Shown: positions 27,464-39,094 of the stretch, piece after piece | How the letters are laid out: each line of letters begins with the position of its first letter | Position numbering within the stretch: the stretch's first letter is position 1 | Assembly (NCBI GenBank): GCA_951406725.2 | Contig: OX597830.1 | Coordinates: forward strand, 9,796,001 to 9,860,000 | Source of the DNA: Octopus vulgaris | Taxonomy: Eukaryota | Direction of reading: 5' to 3' | DNA: 64,000 nt | Made by a program: the position numbers and the translations under genes | The notes under the pieces: generated by a model | The model's input: the letters and a program-made list of their open reading frames with translations, nothing else | What the model was told of the DNA's origin: nothing | Database searches by the model: none

Positions 27464-27555
<92 letters not shown>
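27360..27555. repeat. (AGAT)n/(AAAG)n microsatellite
   Basis: Direct reading. Confidence 0.95.
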
Positions 27556-27556
<1 letters not shown>

Positions 27557-28362
27557 GTTGTTTTGTCCAGGGGTGGATGAGTTTACTAGAGTGCTATCCA
27601 GACAATATATAATTAATAATTCCATTAACCATTAAACGATTTTCTCTATTCCGTTTAATTATTTCTAAATTACTCTAAATATCTTCTTTCTAAAGCTTGT
27701 AGCATATTCTTTAAACGCCATAACCCGCCACATCACTGCAATCCTTCATCTGGAAGAGTTCCATCAAGTAGCAGTTAATGTCAAACTGCATCAACTTTTA
27801 ACACTCGCTTTTAACAACATGCACCAACTACCACAACGCACAGAAACCCAGACACATACACACCATACAAAACCACATAAACACACAACACAAACACACA
27901 CACAACACCGAAACGATCTTCTTATTTAACTAGAAAACTAATTAATCTTCAAATGAGTTACTTCGTCAGTATTTTTTTCATTTTTTCTTTTTTTTTCTTA
28001 CCCTTTTTTTTTTCGCAGAAAACATTTCAAGTTTCAATTTTTTACACATATCTTGCGTTTCTGAACAAACATTTATTTAGGTAGCCATTGCAGATTTATG
28101 TAAGATTATCTCAATAAGTCGATGGGCGCGGCTGCTTATATTTGCTTTAAGGGATAGAATCACTTGTTTTCAAAATAGTTTATAGTTTCTTGAAAACCCG
28201 TGACCTGTAACACTGCCCGTATATGTTTGCAAGTATTTACATATGTACGTATTAAGATACTCATACAAATGTCTTAAAACATATGTGTGCGCATTTGGGC
28301 ATGTGTATTCATGAGCATGTGCAGGTTGGTGTGCTGTGTGAATGTGCAAATGTTTCTCGCTA

Positions 28363-28508
<146 letters not shown>

Positions 28509-28941
28509 ATGTATATATATATATGCATAGATAAATAAATATATAAATTTGTAAGTATATAGAAGTGCTTGTGTCTGAATGTCTCTCAGTGTGTAAATGT
28601 ATGTGTGTTTGTGTGTAAATGTATGTGTGTGTGTGTGTTTGTGCACACGTGTGTATTGGCATGGGTGTAAGTATATGCCAACATACTGGCATGCAGACAT
28701 ACACCTCTAAAGCTGATTGTAAATACATATCCAAATAAAACATACACAGACACATACACACATATATACAAGGAACAAATACATGCACACACATATATAT
28801 GTATAGGGAGAGTTTACGAAAAAAAACAAAAGACGAAGACTGTAAAATTAATTAATCAATTAATAATTAATAATTTTACCTGCTATTTCTAAATTTCGGT
28901 CTGTGATGAAGCAATTTTGCTGAACCCTAATCATAATTATG

Positions 28942-28998
<57 letters not shown>

Positions 28999-29208
28999 GA
29001 TATAGGATAAACATTTTTCGGGAAAAAAATTTTATCAATGGCCAGCATATCAAAAAATGCTTTTAAAGGTAAAATTTATACATAATTTACAAGATAAGGG
29101 CAGAAGAAAAATTCTCATGCCAGATACGCCAAAACAAAAAATTGTCAAAAACCATTAAATTTATGCGTCTCGAAACAAATCTCTAGAAATCTCTAAAAAA
29201 TTCGTTAT

Positions 29209-29267
29209 TACCGTATTGGTCCAATTTCGGGGTTAATTCACAAGAAGTTTTCCCCTCTTCAGCGGCA
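29209..29267 (-). ncRNA. Type I hammerhead ribozyme motif (inverted twin of 29354-29412)
   Basis: Reverse complement of 29354-29412. Confidence 0.8.
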
Positions 29268-29353
29268 CATTTGGGGTACTTAAGTCTGCTCGGGACTTTG
29301 TGCTTGCTTCTTCCATGGGTATGAATAAGTATTTCATTTATATTTCGCATATG

Positions 29354-29412
29354 TGCCGCTGAAGAGGGGAAAACTTCTTGTGAATTAACCCCGAAATTGG
29401 ACCAATACGGTA
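29354..29412 (+). ncRNA. Type I hammerhead ribozyme motif with intact core
   Basis: UGCCG-CUGAAGA-GGGG-(19 nt)-CCCC-GAAA-UUGG-A-CCAA-UA-CGGUA; predicted cleavage after 29407. Confidence 0.8.
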
Positions 29413-29532
29413 ATAACGAATTTTTTAGAGATTTCTAGAGATTTGTTTCGAGACGCATAAATTTAATGGTTATTGACAATTTTTTGTTTCGGCGTATCTG
29501 GCATTAGAATTTTTCTTCTGCCCTTATCTTGT

Positions 29533-29572
<40 letters not shown>

Positions 29573-29589
29573 TAGAAATCTATATATAT

Positions 29590-30020
29590 AGACCAGCGCC
29601 GTGACAACATCGTTGTCCTTGTTCGCCGTTAAGGCAATTTTTCCAAAATACGCCAGCCAAACTTGTTTGCACTGTTATTAGTCGTAAGACACCTGTTTTT
29701 ACCATTGTTGCTTTTGTATTTCATGTTTTTGTATTTCATTATTGTTTTTTGTTTTTTATATTCGTGTGGCACCGTCCGTTTTGCTGTCCCTGTGTTCGTA
29801 TGCATTCGATCCTTCTTCCAGGAAATCTACGCTCCTAGCTTAGTTTTTCTAATGCTCGTTGCTTAGTTTTTCCTGGAGGGCTGGCCGGATCTAGTAATCT
29901 CAAGATTAATCAGCCGAAATTACTACGATGATCCGGTTCTTGACTGAAGACTGAGGGCTTCGAATGTCCTGTCTGTGTTTGTTGTATCGTCTTCTAAGTG
30001 TTATGCGTTCTTGTCACAGT
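29590..30020 (+). mobile_element. TA-embedded repeat family F1 (probable PLE terminal repeat); copies at 40875-41178 and 41635-42050
   Basis: Three homologous copies, each ending GTTTGTATTTTT(C)TACATA then (TA)n. Confidence 0.75.
29885..29959 (+). ncRNA. Candidate non-circularly permuted hammerhead ribozyme (family F1, copy 1)
   Basis: UAGUAAU-C-UCAAGA ... AGCC-GAA-AUUACUA ... UCUUGA-CUGA-N5-GA-G-GGCU; stems III, I and II all pair. Confidence 0.6.
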
Positions 30021-30041
30021 TTGTATTTTTTTTTACATATC

Positions 30042-30100
<59 letters not shown>

Positions 30101-30179
30101 GTTCACACATATATAGTCATTTGCATTTATGTATTTATGCGTATATATGCATATGTGGCTCTATGGTTGCGGATGCGTG

Positions 30180-30239
<60 letters not shown>

Positions 30240-30837
30240 CCGGGGATTTATCTCCATGTTGGCCATCAAGATTACGTTTTTCGTGAAAAGCCATTTCGTC
30301 TGTTTGGATATAAAATGTAATCATTTTTGTGTACATTCATTAGCAGAAGGTTGTTTTATATTTAATTAACTCCTCGTGATTGATAGTCTCATGATAATGA
30401 TCACAGACATACGCAATACATATTTTAAATCGCCTTATGTGAGAATCAGAGTCTGCAACACAACAGTCTGTTACAGAAGACTTACGCACGCGCGCGCGAG
30501 TTTTAGTATGTGTGTGTTTGTGCGAGTATGCATTAGTATGTGTGTATGTTTGTGTGTGTTTGTCTGCGTTCGTATGTATGCGTGTATGTTAGAGTAGTAG
30601 AATTAGCATGATGCGTTGTCTGGTACATTTAAGCCGTTTTAATTATTTCTTGATAATGTCAAAACAAAGAAAGTTATTAAAACAACTCGGAGCGATTGTT
30701 TCTACTTTTACTTTGAATTTTAATATTTCAGTATTAGAAGCACATATTCAGGAAATTTTAGAGAAATGCTGTCCAGGCTTTATAACAAAACAAATAATCT
30801 AAAACATTAATATATATATTCCATATTATATGTATAT

Positions 30838-30971
30838 GAGCGCATGTGTGGCTTCATGGTAAGCAGCTTGCTTCTCAAGAACACAGTTCTAGGTCTCACT
30901 GCGTGGCCCTTTGAGCGAGTATATTCTACTTGTGAGTGGACTTGGTAGGTGGAAACTGGAAGAAGCTTGTC

Positions 30972-31013
<42 letters not shown>

Positions 31014-32332
31014 GGCGGCCCAAAAGTAGGTTTACAGTTATTCAACTATCTCTTTCACATTCATATATTATCAATTTAGATCTGAATTATAAAAAAATAA
31101 GAAACCAATATTTTATGCTTATTTAGTTAATTTTGTCAAACTCCTTTTTCAATTTGAGCCATGGCAAACAACTTAAATCAAGAACAAAGAAAGTGGATAC
31201 TAAAGCAGTATCGGATGTCTGAAAATGGCGAGCAGGTACGCACAGCATGGCAAGAAGCCTTTCATTCTCCTCCACCTTCACGCCAGACAATTTATTGGAT
31301 AAGGAATAAATTTGACAGCACAGGTTCAGTGAGTAAAGCACCAAAATCTGGACGCTCTAAGACTTCTGTGACTGAAAGAAATGAGATGTTAGTGGCTATG
31401 GCATTTGTGAACTGTCCAAAGAAGTCCACACAACGTGCTTCTCTAGAACTATCCATACCAAGAACACCATTGCAACGCCTAATGCATAAGCTGAAATTAA
31501 GACATTTCCGTGCACGACTGGTACATGGTGTTTTGGAGGGCGACCCAGATCGCCGGCTGCAATCCTGCGAATTGATGCGAGACCAAATTGCTAATGAGTA
31601 ACCAGACTACCTGGATAAGATCATCTGGTCAGATGATGTTTGCTTCAAAGTATCCGGTCATGTAAACATACATAACTCTGGGTATTGGGCTGAGGAAAAT
31701 CTCCATTTGACCACAGAAGCTCAACTGAACCAGCCTAGCGTTACAGTTTAGGGTGCACTCTCAAGCGAAGGTGTTATCGGACCCGTTTTCGCTGATAGAA
31801 CTGGAAATGGAGGGAATTACTTGGAAATGATTCGTGATGTGGTAGTACCACAACTCAGAACCAAAGCTAACTTTGATGAACTGTTCTTTCAGCAAGATGG
31901 AGCACCTCCACATTGTACGTTGACAGTAAGAGACTACCTTAACCAAGCTTTTTCACAGCGTTTGTTTGCAAGACGGGTCAGCATCGAATGGCCACTGCGT
32001 TCACCTGACCTGACACCAATAGACTTCTTTTTTGGGGGTGTTGTAAAGAACGAGGTTTATGAGAAGAATCCCCAAACAGTCAATGAATTAAAAGATTACA
32101 TTTCTAACGCAATCACTGAAGTTGATGGAGATCGGAATCGGTGCCGTACTGTGTTCTGAAGAGGTTTGAAGAATGTTGCAAGAGTTTTGAAGAATGTTGA
32201 GCATCTGAGAGATTAAACATTGTCTATTTAAGATGTGTATAAACAATATAACTGTAAGACAGAAATTTAAATGTAATAAAATGTTTTAAAAGAAATTTAA
32301 AGTGCCTACGTGATAACTATTTTTGGGCTACC

Positions 32333-32371
<39 letters not shown>

Positions 32372-32376
32372 GGTGT

Positions 32377-32427
<51 letters not shown>

Positions 32428-32620
32428 CATGTGTGTATGAATGTCTTTGTGTTTTTGTCTGACCCTTGTATGTTTATGTTCCCACAACGTAGCGGTTCGG
32501 CTGATAGAATAAGTACTAGGCTTAGAAAATAAGCCCTGGGGCCGATTTGTTCGACTAAAACCCTTCAAGGTGGTGTCGCAGCATGGCTGCAGTCAAATGA
32601 GTAAAGCAAGTAAAAGGTAA
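30838..32620 (+). mobile_element. SINE family B split by a DD41D transposon (head 30838-30975, tail about 32440-32620)
   Basis: Head and tail match 3375-3792 on either side of the insertion. Confidence 0.75.
31011..32335 (+). mobile_element. Near full-length Tc1/mariner transposon, DD41D type, inactivated by stops
   Basis: TIRs CAGGGCGGCCCAAAAGTAG / CTATTTTTGGGCTACCCTG in TA; ORF pieces 31161-31601 and 31821-32159 with IIWSDD, FQQDGAPPH and WPLRSPDLTPID (41 residues between the last two D). Confidence 0.92.
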
Positions 32621-32762
32621 ATGATATATGTATATAAATTTTACTGTTTTTACTTTTATTGTTTTTACTGTCTTGTTTTGTTCTTACTGCCCTGTTCTTG
32701 TTACCACTTTTACCCCACCGCAAAAAATCCCAAATTTTATTTAATTTGCTTTACGGGAAGAA

Positions 32763-32837
32763 CTGTTTCAACGAAGTCGCGTCTTGTCCTTACTTTCGAA
32801 CGCGGAGTAGCCGAAACAGGGACAACTGAAGAAGGGA
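32763..32837 (+). ncRNA. Candidate non-circularly permuted hammerhead (family F2)
   Basis: UCGCGU-C-UUGUCCUU ... UUUC-GAA-CGCGG ... AGGGACAA-CUGAAGA-A-GGGA; GUC triplet; one A missing from GAAA. Confidence 0.55.
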
Positions 32838-33884
32838 AATATTCCTTGTATTGTATGTCTTGTACTCTGTTTTTTCGTTGTTTGAAAAAAGTTCGTTTCC
32901 ATGTTTTTGTATTTATGTTTTCGTTTCTCATTGTGTTCAGCGTTTTTTGATGTCCTGTGCCCATATACGCATGTATATATACATACAGATATAGGTATGT
33001 GCATATATGTATGTATATATGCATAAATTTTTATATTATTTATATTATATATGTATGTATGTATTTGTGTTTTTGTCTGACCTTACTACCTCTTGTATGT
33101 TTATGAGAAAGGGAGAAGAAAATCATTCGATATTATGCTATAATTTATTTCGGTTGATTCTGTTAACTTTTATTCTTGAGTTTCGCTGACGTCCTATCAG
33201 TTCTTTGGAATGAATAAACTCGGTAATGGGAACAGACTATGTACTAAAACAATATCTGGCTGAACAATGAATAATGATTTGTTGCCCGTCTGCTGCTATC
33301 GCAATATATACAACCTTACGTCGTTAACTCAGCAGAAAAAAATACAAGATAGTGAGGTTGGGGTCGTAAATCGTCCAGTGGTTTGTCATACCTAAGTAAT
33401 GGCGGTGGTGAAGGAGTAATCTAAAATGTCTATAATTGCTGAGACTGTGATATGAAATGGGTGTATCTTGAGCTGTATCAGTTAAGAGTTTGCAGCCATG
33501 CTGGAGCAATGGCGCAAAGTGTTTATTCGAACAAGTCGAGCTCATTCCCCTTTTTTCTAACCTGTCTCTTATACTAACGGTTTCTTTATCCGGATTGCTA
33601 AGTTACGGGCTAGTAAACAAACCAACAGTTGTTAAATGGTTGGCGGGTGGAGTCTAATATAAACTCAAGGGCATGTAGACACACACACATTTCGAGCGAG
33701 GGTCGAAACTTCGATGTCACTATCACCCCACACCTGATGTGTACAAGTTTAATGGACATCTGTATAAAAAATATTGGATAATTCTTGAAGCAGCTCATTT
33801 AATTGATAAGTGGTGAATTCTACAGACTTCGTGTTGAACATACAAACACAGATATACAAGTTTGCGCGGCAATATAAGTAAAAC

Positions 33885-34464
33885 AAGGCGGCGAGCTGGC
33901 AGAAACGTTAACACGCCGGGCGAAATGCTTAGCGTATTTCGTCTGTCTTTACGTTGTGAGTTCAAATTCCGCCGAGGTTGACTTTGCCTTTCATCCTTTC
34001 GGGATCGATTAGATAAGTACCAGTTACACACTTGGGTCGACATAATCCATTTAATCCGTTTGTCCCCTCTGTGTGTAGCCCCTTGTGGGCAGTAAAGAAA
34101 TAAGAAACGTTACCAAAGCGGGAGAAATGCTTAGCCGAGGTCGACTGTGCCTTTCATCCTTTCGGGGTCGATAAATTAAGTACCAGTTACGCACTGGGGT
34201 CGATGTAATCGACTTAATACCTATGTCTGTCCTTGTTTGTCCGCTCTGTGTTTAGCCCCTTGTGGGTAATAAAGAAATAGGTATTTCGTCTGTCTTTACG
34301 TTGTGAGTTCAAATTCCGCCGAAGTTGACTTTGCCTTTCTTCCTTTCGGGGTCGATAAACTAAGTACCAGTTACGTACTGGAGTCGATGTAATGGACTTA
34401 ATTCCTTTGTCTGTCTTTGTTTGTCCCCTCTATGTTTAGCATCCTATTGGCAATAAAGAAATAA
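33885..34464 (+). mobile_element. SINE family A with tandemly repeated body (about 3 units)
   Basis: Three repeats of GCCTTTCATCCTTTCGGGGTCGAT...AAGTACCAGTTAC. Confidence 0.9.
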
Positions 34465-34810
34465 ATATAAGGAACATAAAAAAATTTGCCACTGTCTGAT
34501 GCCCGAAGACATCGCTCGCTTTCCTACAAGATAAGTATTAATCTATAAATAAAGAAGTAACATCACTCAAGACGCCGCAAAGTTTCGTAACGTGAGTCTA
34601 CTGTCTGCTATAAATTCTGACAATCATCTGAAAAAATATGAATTGATTAGAGTTAAGCTCCTTCCTAGCCAGACAGAAAATTTATTGAATGAGGGAGAAA
34701 AAGACTTAAGTTTAAAGGCATATATTAAGCATGACACCTTAAAATAACAAATTTGTTATCAAATATGATCAACAAACAAAGAACCGGAAACTGAATCCCG
34801 TATCTTTTAC

Positions 34811-34876
34811 ATGTCCGCTGGGAAAGACATGCTGCCATCATCTTGAGATGGCTTTGATTCCAGCAAAAGAAAGATT
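34811..34876 (-). CDS. Candidate internal exon (phase 2) IFLLLESKPSQDDGSMSFPAD
   Basis: tgtttcag acceptor, weak GTAAAA donor; in frame with 43428-43459. Confidence 0.3.
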
Positions 34877-34972
34877 CTGAAACATATGTTTACAAACTTT
34901 TAACGTTTAATGTTATGTTATATTGAAAAAATACGACATACATTAAACGTTTAAGCGTTTAAAATATAATTA

Positions 34973-35026
<54 letters not shown>

Positions 35027-35034
35027 TTATATAT

Positions 35035-35068
<34 letters not shown>

Positions 35069-35110
35069 TTATATATACACACACACATATATATATATAT
35101 ATATTTATAT

Positions 35111-35178
<68 letters not shown>

Positions 35179-35462
35179 ATAGACACGAAGGCATACAAAC
35201 AAGCACTTGTATTAGTATGGCGCTCAGGAAATATAAATAAACAAGTCTTTAACGTTTATATACGCTCATACACATCTCTCTCTCTCTATATATATATATA
35301 CATATAAACATACATGCACATGCATAAAGTCAGTGTAATTATATATATGTGAATGTGCATGTATGTATGTATGTATATAATAAATGAAGAAAATATTGTA
35401 ACAACAGGGTAAAAATCATTACTTACATTTCCCGTATATTTGTCCCCATTTTGTTTGTTGTT

Positions 35463-35508
35463 AACCCAACGTTTCGGCTGATATACCCTCCAGCTTTCAT
35501 CAGGTGTT
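35463..35508 (-). ncRNA. Minimal type I hammerhead downstream of a PLE ORF end
   Basis: AACAC-CUGAUGA-AA-GCUG-GAGGGUAUAU-CAGC-C-GAAA-CG-UU-GGGUU. Confidence 0.75.
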
Positions 35509-35643
35509 TAGGGGAAATTTCGAAGCTGGGTTCTCATTCCTAAGGTATTTTTGATGTTATTATTATTTTGATGTTATTATTATCCCGCAATCTTAACCAT
35601 TAAACCATAAGCCCGTGGGCAGTTGTGGAGTGAATTTTAGGGC

Positions 35644-35830
35644 TTATAAATCTAATATTTTCCTCTCCTTCCTTAATACCGGTTCCCATATGCTACACAT
35701 GTCTGCACTCGGTCTGCTTAGGAGGTTGTGTCCTAACATATGTGCTGCATCTTTTAGTTTTCGTATTTTCCAGTGGTGTTGTCTATCTATTATTTGAACT
35801 TCATCCACAGGAGGAGGTGGTCTCAAATGT
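35644..35830 (-). pseudogene. PLE GIY-YIG C-terminal fragment
   Basis: DEVQIIDRQHHWKIRKLKDAAHMLGHNLLSRPS resembles the end of PLE endonuclease ORFs; followed by hammerhead. Confidence 0.65.
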
Positions 35831-36224
35831 AAATAATGTAAATAATGTACATAATTCCTCATCTCGTAACTATAGAACTGTATTAAGGTAACAAAAACGT
35901 ACAACGTATACTGAGTGTATAACAGGGGACAGACATAGATCGTCCTTAATTCTTCAAAGTTATCAACCAGATGGTATAATTTAGTTTCGTACCTTCAATG
36001 ATGAGACTGAGAACTTCCCATGCTAGCGGTGCCCGCGAAATCCGCGCTGAATATAGGGCCGAGAGCAAACAAAATAATATAATGTAGACATACGAAAGTG
36101 AATAAATGCAATTTAAAACGATAAAACGATGGACAAAGACGAAACAAACAAGAAACAAGCAAAATATAGCCTTAGAGGCAGAAATACAAGATTGGTGGGC
36201 AATCGTTAGATGGTATCCTAAAGG

Positions 36225-36283
<59 letters not shown>

Positions 36284-36599
36284 TATATGTTATTCTTTAA
36301 CAAGTAAAATCTCGGCAGGAACTTCGAATTTTCGGTCAGCTCAGCCATCTGAAACTTCGAAATCACTGTTAATGCTAATCTTGTTAAAGAATGGTAAATT
36401 TGTACTCAACAAAACTATAGAGCATGTTTTTTATTTCACTGAACATAAAAAGAAACTTTAGTATATATGTATGTACGTGTATGTGTGTGTATGTGTGTGT
36501 GTATACATGTATATATGTATGTGTAAATGTATGTAAATTCGAGTTGGATATGGATGTGTGTATATAATTGATATCAATATGAATTGACCCTTTGCCTTA

Positions 36600-36980
36600 T
36601 ATATATAGTCTTCCATTAGTAACGCTTGCTATGACATCGCCAACAAAATACCAAGACAAACAAAACAGAATCCGTGTTACCAATGGCAACAGTGATCACA
36701 CCAATATATGTTTTTTCTTCTTCTTTTTCCTTGCCGGGAGAGAGGAGGGTGCTGTTCTTAATGGCGGCTGATTGTGAGGGGAGGAGATAATATTTCCCAT
36801 TTATATAATAAAAGCTGTCTGTCTTGTCTTACTAAACACTCTTTCGCTACGCCCGACCACACCCCACACCCACCCTCTAGATTTTGTGTAGTGTAGTGTA
36901 GCGAAGAGAGTTCATGTCTGCAAAACAGATTGCAATAATAAAGTGCACTTCACCGGAAGCGAGAAATTTCGGAACCATTA
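36600..36980. promoter_or_regulatory. Candidate cis-regulatory region
   Basis: Non-repetitive island with X-box GTTACC-AAT-GGCAAC (36676-36690), YY1-like AATGGCGGC (36760-36768), ETS-like ACCGGAAG (36952-36959). Confidence 0.3.
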
Positions 36981-37084
36981 GCAAAAGATTTAAAAATATT
37001 TTTCTTAATTTTTCAACCTTTTCCTTGTGTACTTTGCTAATTGCTCCAATTTCTCTCTCGTTGGGCTAAAGAAATTGACCCAGA

Positions 37085-37125
<41 letters not shown>

Positions 37126-37498
37126 TTTGTCTTTAGCTTCAATATCCTCTTCATTTTGTATTTATATATTTGTTTGTTTATTAATTTATATATCTGTTAA
37201 TTTGTAGTTGACGTTTTGTTTTTATTTATTTACTACTAATTTCTTTATTTTTATAAATGTTATTATTTCTGGTTGTTTTTTTTTTGTTTTTTTTTTTCTT
37301 TTGAGGATCAGAAAATTAATCAGCTTACGTCTGTCCAATAAATTACATTAAATTAGATTTAGCTTCGTGAAAATTTCTTTTTAATGTAAAATGTTGTCAT
37401 AATATACATTTGCAATCTTCTTTCTTCTTCTTTCTCTCTCTCTTTTTCCCAATCTTACTCTAATCTTTCTCCCTCTCTCTCCCTCTTTCTCACTCCCC

Positions 37499-37534
<36 letters not shown>

Positions 37535-37807
37535 TTTCATTATCTTATCTGTGTATGTGTGTGTAAAACTAAATAAAATAAATTAATGAAGAACAATATA
37601 AACGTGTGTTTGTGTATATGTGCTATGCGTGTGTGTGTGTATTGTGTGTGTAAGTATATATATATATACGCACAAATATATATACATATGCATATATGGG
37701 TACAGGACGTCACCAACAGGAAACAACATGATATACGAAAACAAATTAGTTCAATACGCAAACAAGGCGAGAAACAAATGGAAAACAGGACATGTATCAA
37801 AAAGAAG

Positions 37808-37873
37808 GACCCTTCATCAGTTGTCGGGTGTGTATCTACTCCACGTTTCGACCAATGAACGACAATATGAGTC
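37808..37873 (-). ncRNA. Candidate permuted hammerhead (family F2, diverged copy)
   Basis: AU-A-UUGUCG ... GUC-GAAACGUGGAGU ... CGACAA-CUGAUGA-A-GG; stem I perfect, stems II and III weak. Confidence 0.4.
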
Positions 37874-38364
37874 TTTAACGACAGTTGCTCCCATGGATAC
37901 CAAAATAAAAGTTTGGATTTATGGAAGGTCAAAGTTGGGAACAAAACGGGAGAGTGGAAAAATTCAAGGAAACCGAATGAAAACAAACATGGATAGTCGT
38001 CAGACCAGATAAAATAACGAACGCTGGAGAAATGATTTCTTTGAAGAGAGAAAATATAGAAGAGAGAAATAGAATGCGTCCGGAAGAGAAAGAAAGATGA
38101 TCAGGTGATGAAAAGAAAGATGGACAAAAAGGAAACGAGAAAGAGGGGAGAGATAGAGAGACAGATAGAAAACGGTGTAGGGGAGAAAATGAAATTAGAG
38201 AAAAGGATGGGAGAGATATATACATTATATATATATATATTATATATATATATACATATACGCATAAATGTACCGAGATATAGATATCCATATAGTTTTA
38301 CGTCGTTTATGTGTATGTATGTATATATATATATATATATATACATACATATATATATACATAC

Positions 38365-38405
<41 letters not shown>

Positions 38406-38410
38406 GTATG

Positions 38411-38450
<40 letters not shown>

Positions 38451-38453
38451 TAT

Positions 38454-38525
<72 letters not shown>

Positions 38526-38569
38526 ATATATACATATATATATACATATATATATATCGTTATTGTATT

Positions 38570-38808
38570 TAGTGTGTAAGATTATGTGAATTCGTTTGTT
38601 GAAGCATATTTTAATTGCATCTAGGGGGAGTCATTCTCTTTTAGTGCCTTATTATCTAACACACTCATCGATTCGATTTCCACTCATGTACTTATATATT
38701 TTGTCTAAAATCTTAAAATCCTCGTTGCGTCTTGCAACCTTTTCAATAGCTGTTATTTGTTGAGAGTCAATGACTATTGAAAAGGTTGCATAACGCAACG
38801 AAAATTTT

Positions 38809-38810
<2 letters not shown>
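38570..38810. mobile_element. Fold-back PLE-type module with U3-A8 hammerhead-like motif (38772-38810, +)
   Basis: UA-UUGAAAA-G-GUUGC-AUAAC-GCAAC-GAAA-AU-UU-UA; inverted copy at about 38715-38750. Confidence 0.55.
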
Positions 38811-38873
<63 letters not shown>

Positions 38874-39031
38874 TTAGTAAAAGTTTTTATTTTCATTTCA
38901 CTAAATTTATCAAGCTTCTGTGTATCTAGCACATACTTCGCCTTTTATTGTACTTATATATGAATAATATATGGCCTGTGCTAGAAACACCAGCGATAAT
39001 AATTAATTTTATTTTTATCGCATTTTGACTT

Positions 39032-39094
<63 letters not shown>

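Larger units (their letters stand above)
28995..29539. mobile_element. Fold-back PLE-type module: about 189-bp inverted arms, 80-bp spacer, one-sided tail
   Basis: Arms 29082-29270 and 29351-29539; tail 28995-29081; (TA)n on both sides. Confidence 0.85.

Noticed and set aside
33885-34464. CRISPR-like repeat array
   Set aside because: Units are duplicated SINE bodies without unique spacers, in a eukaryotic context.
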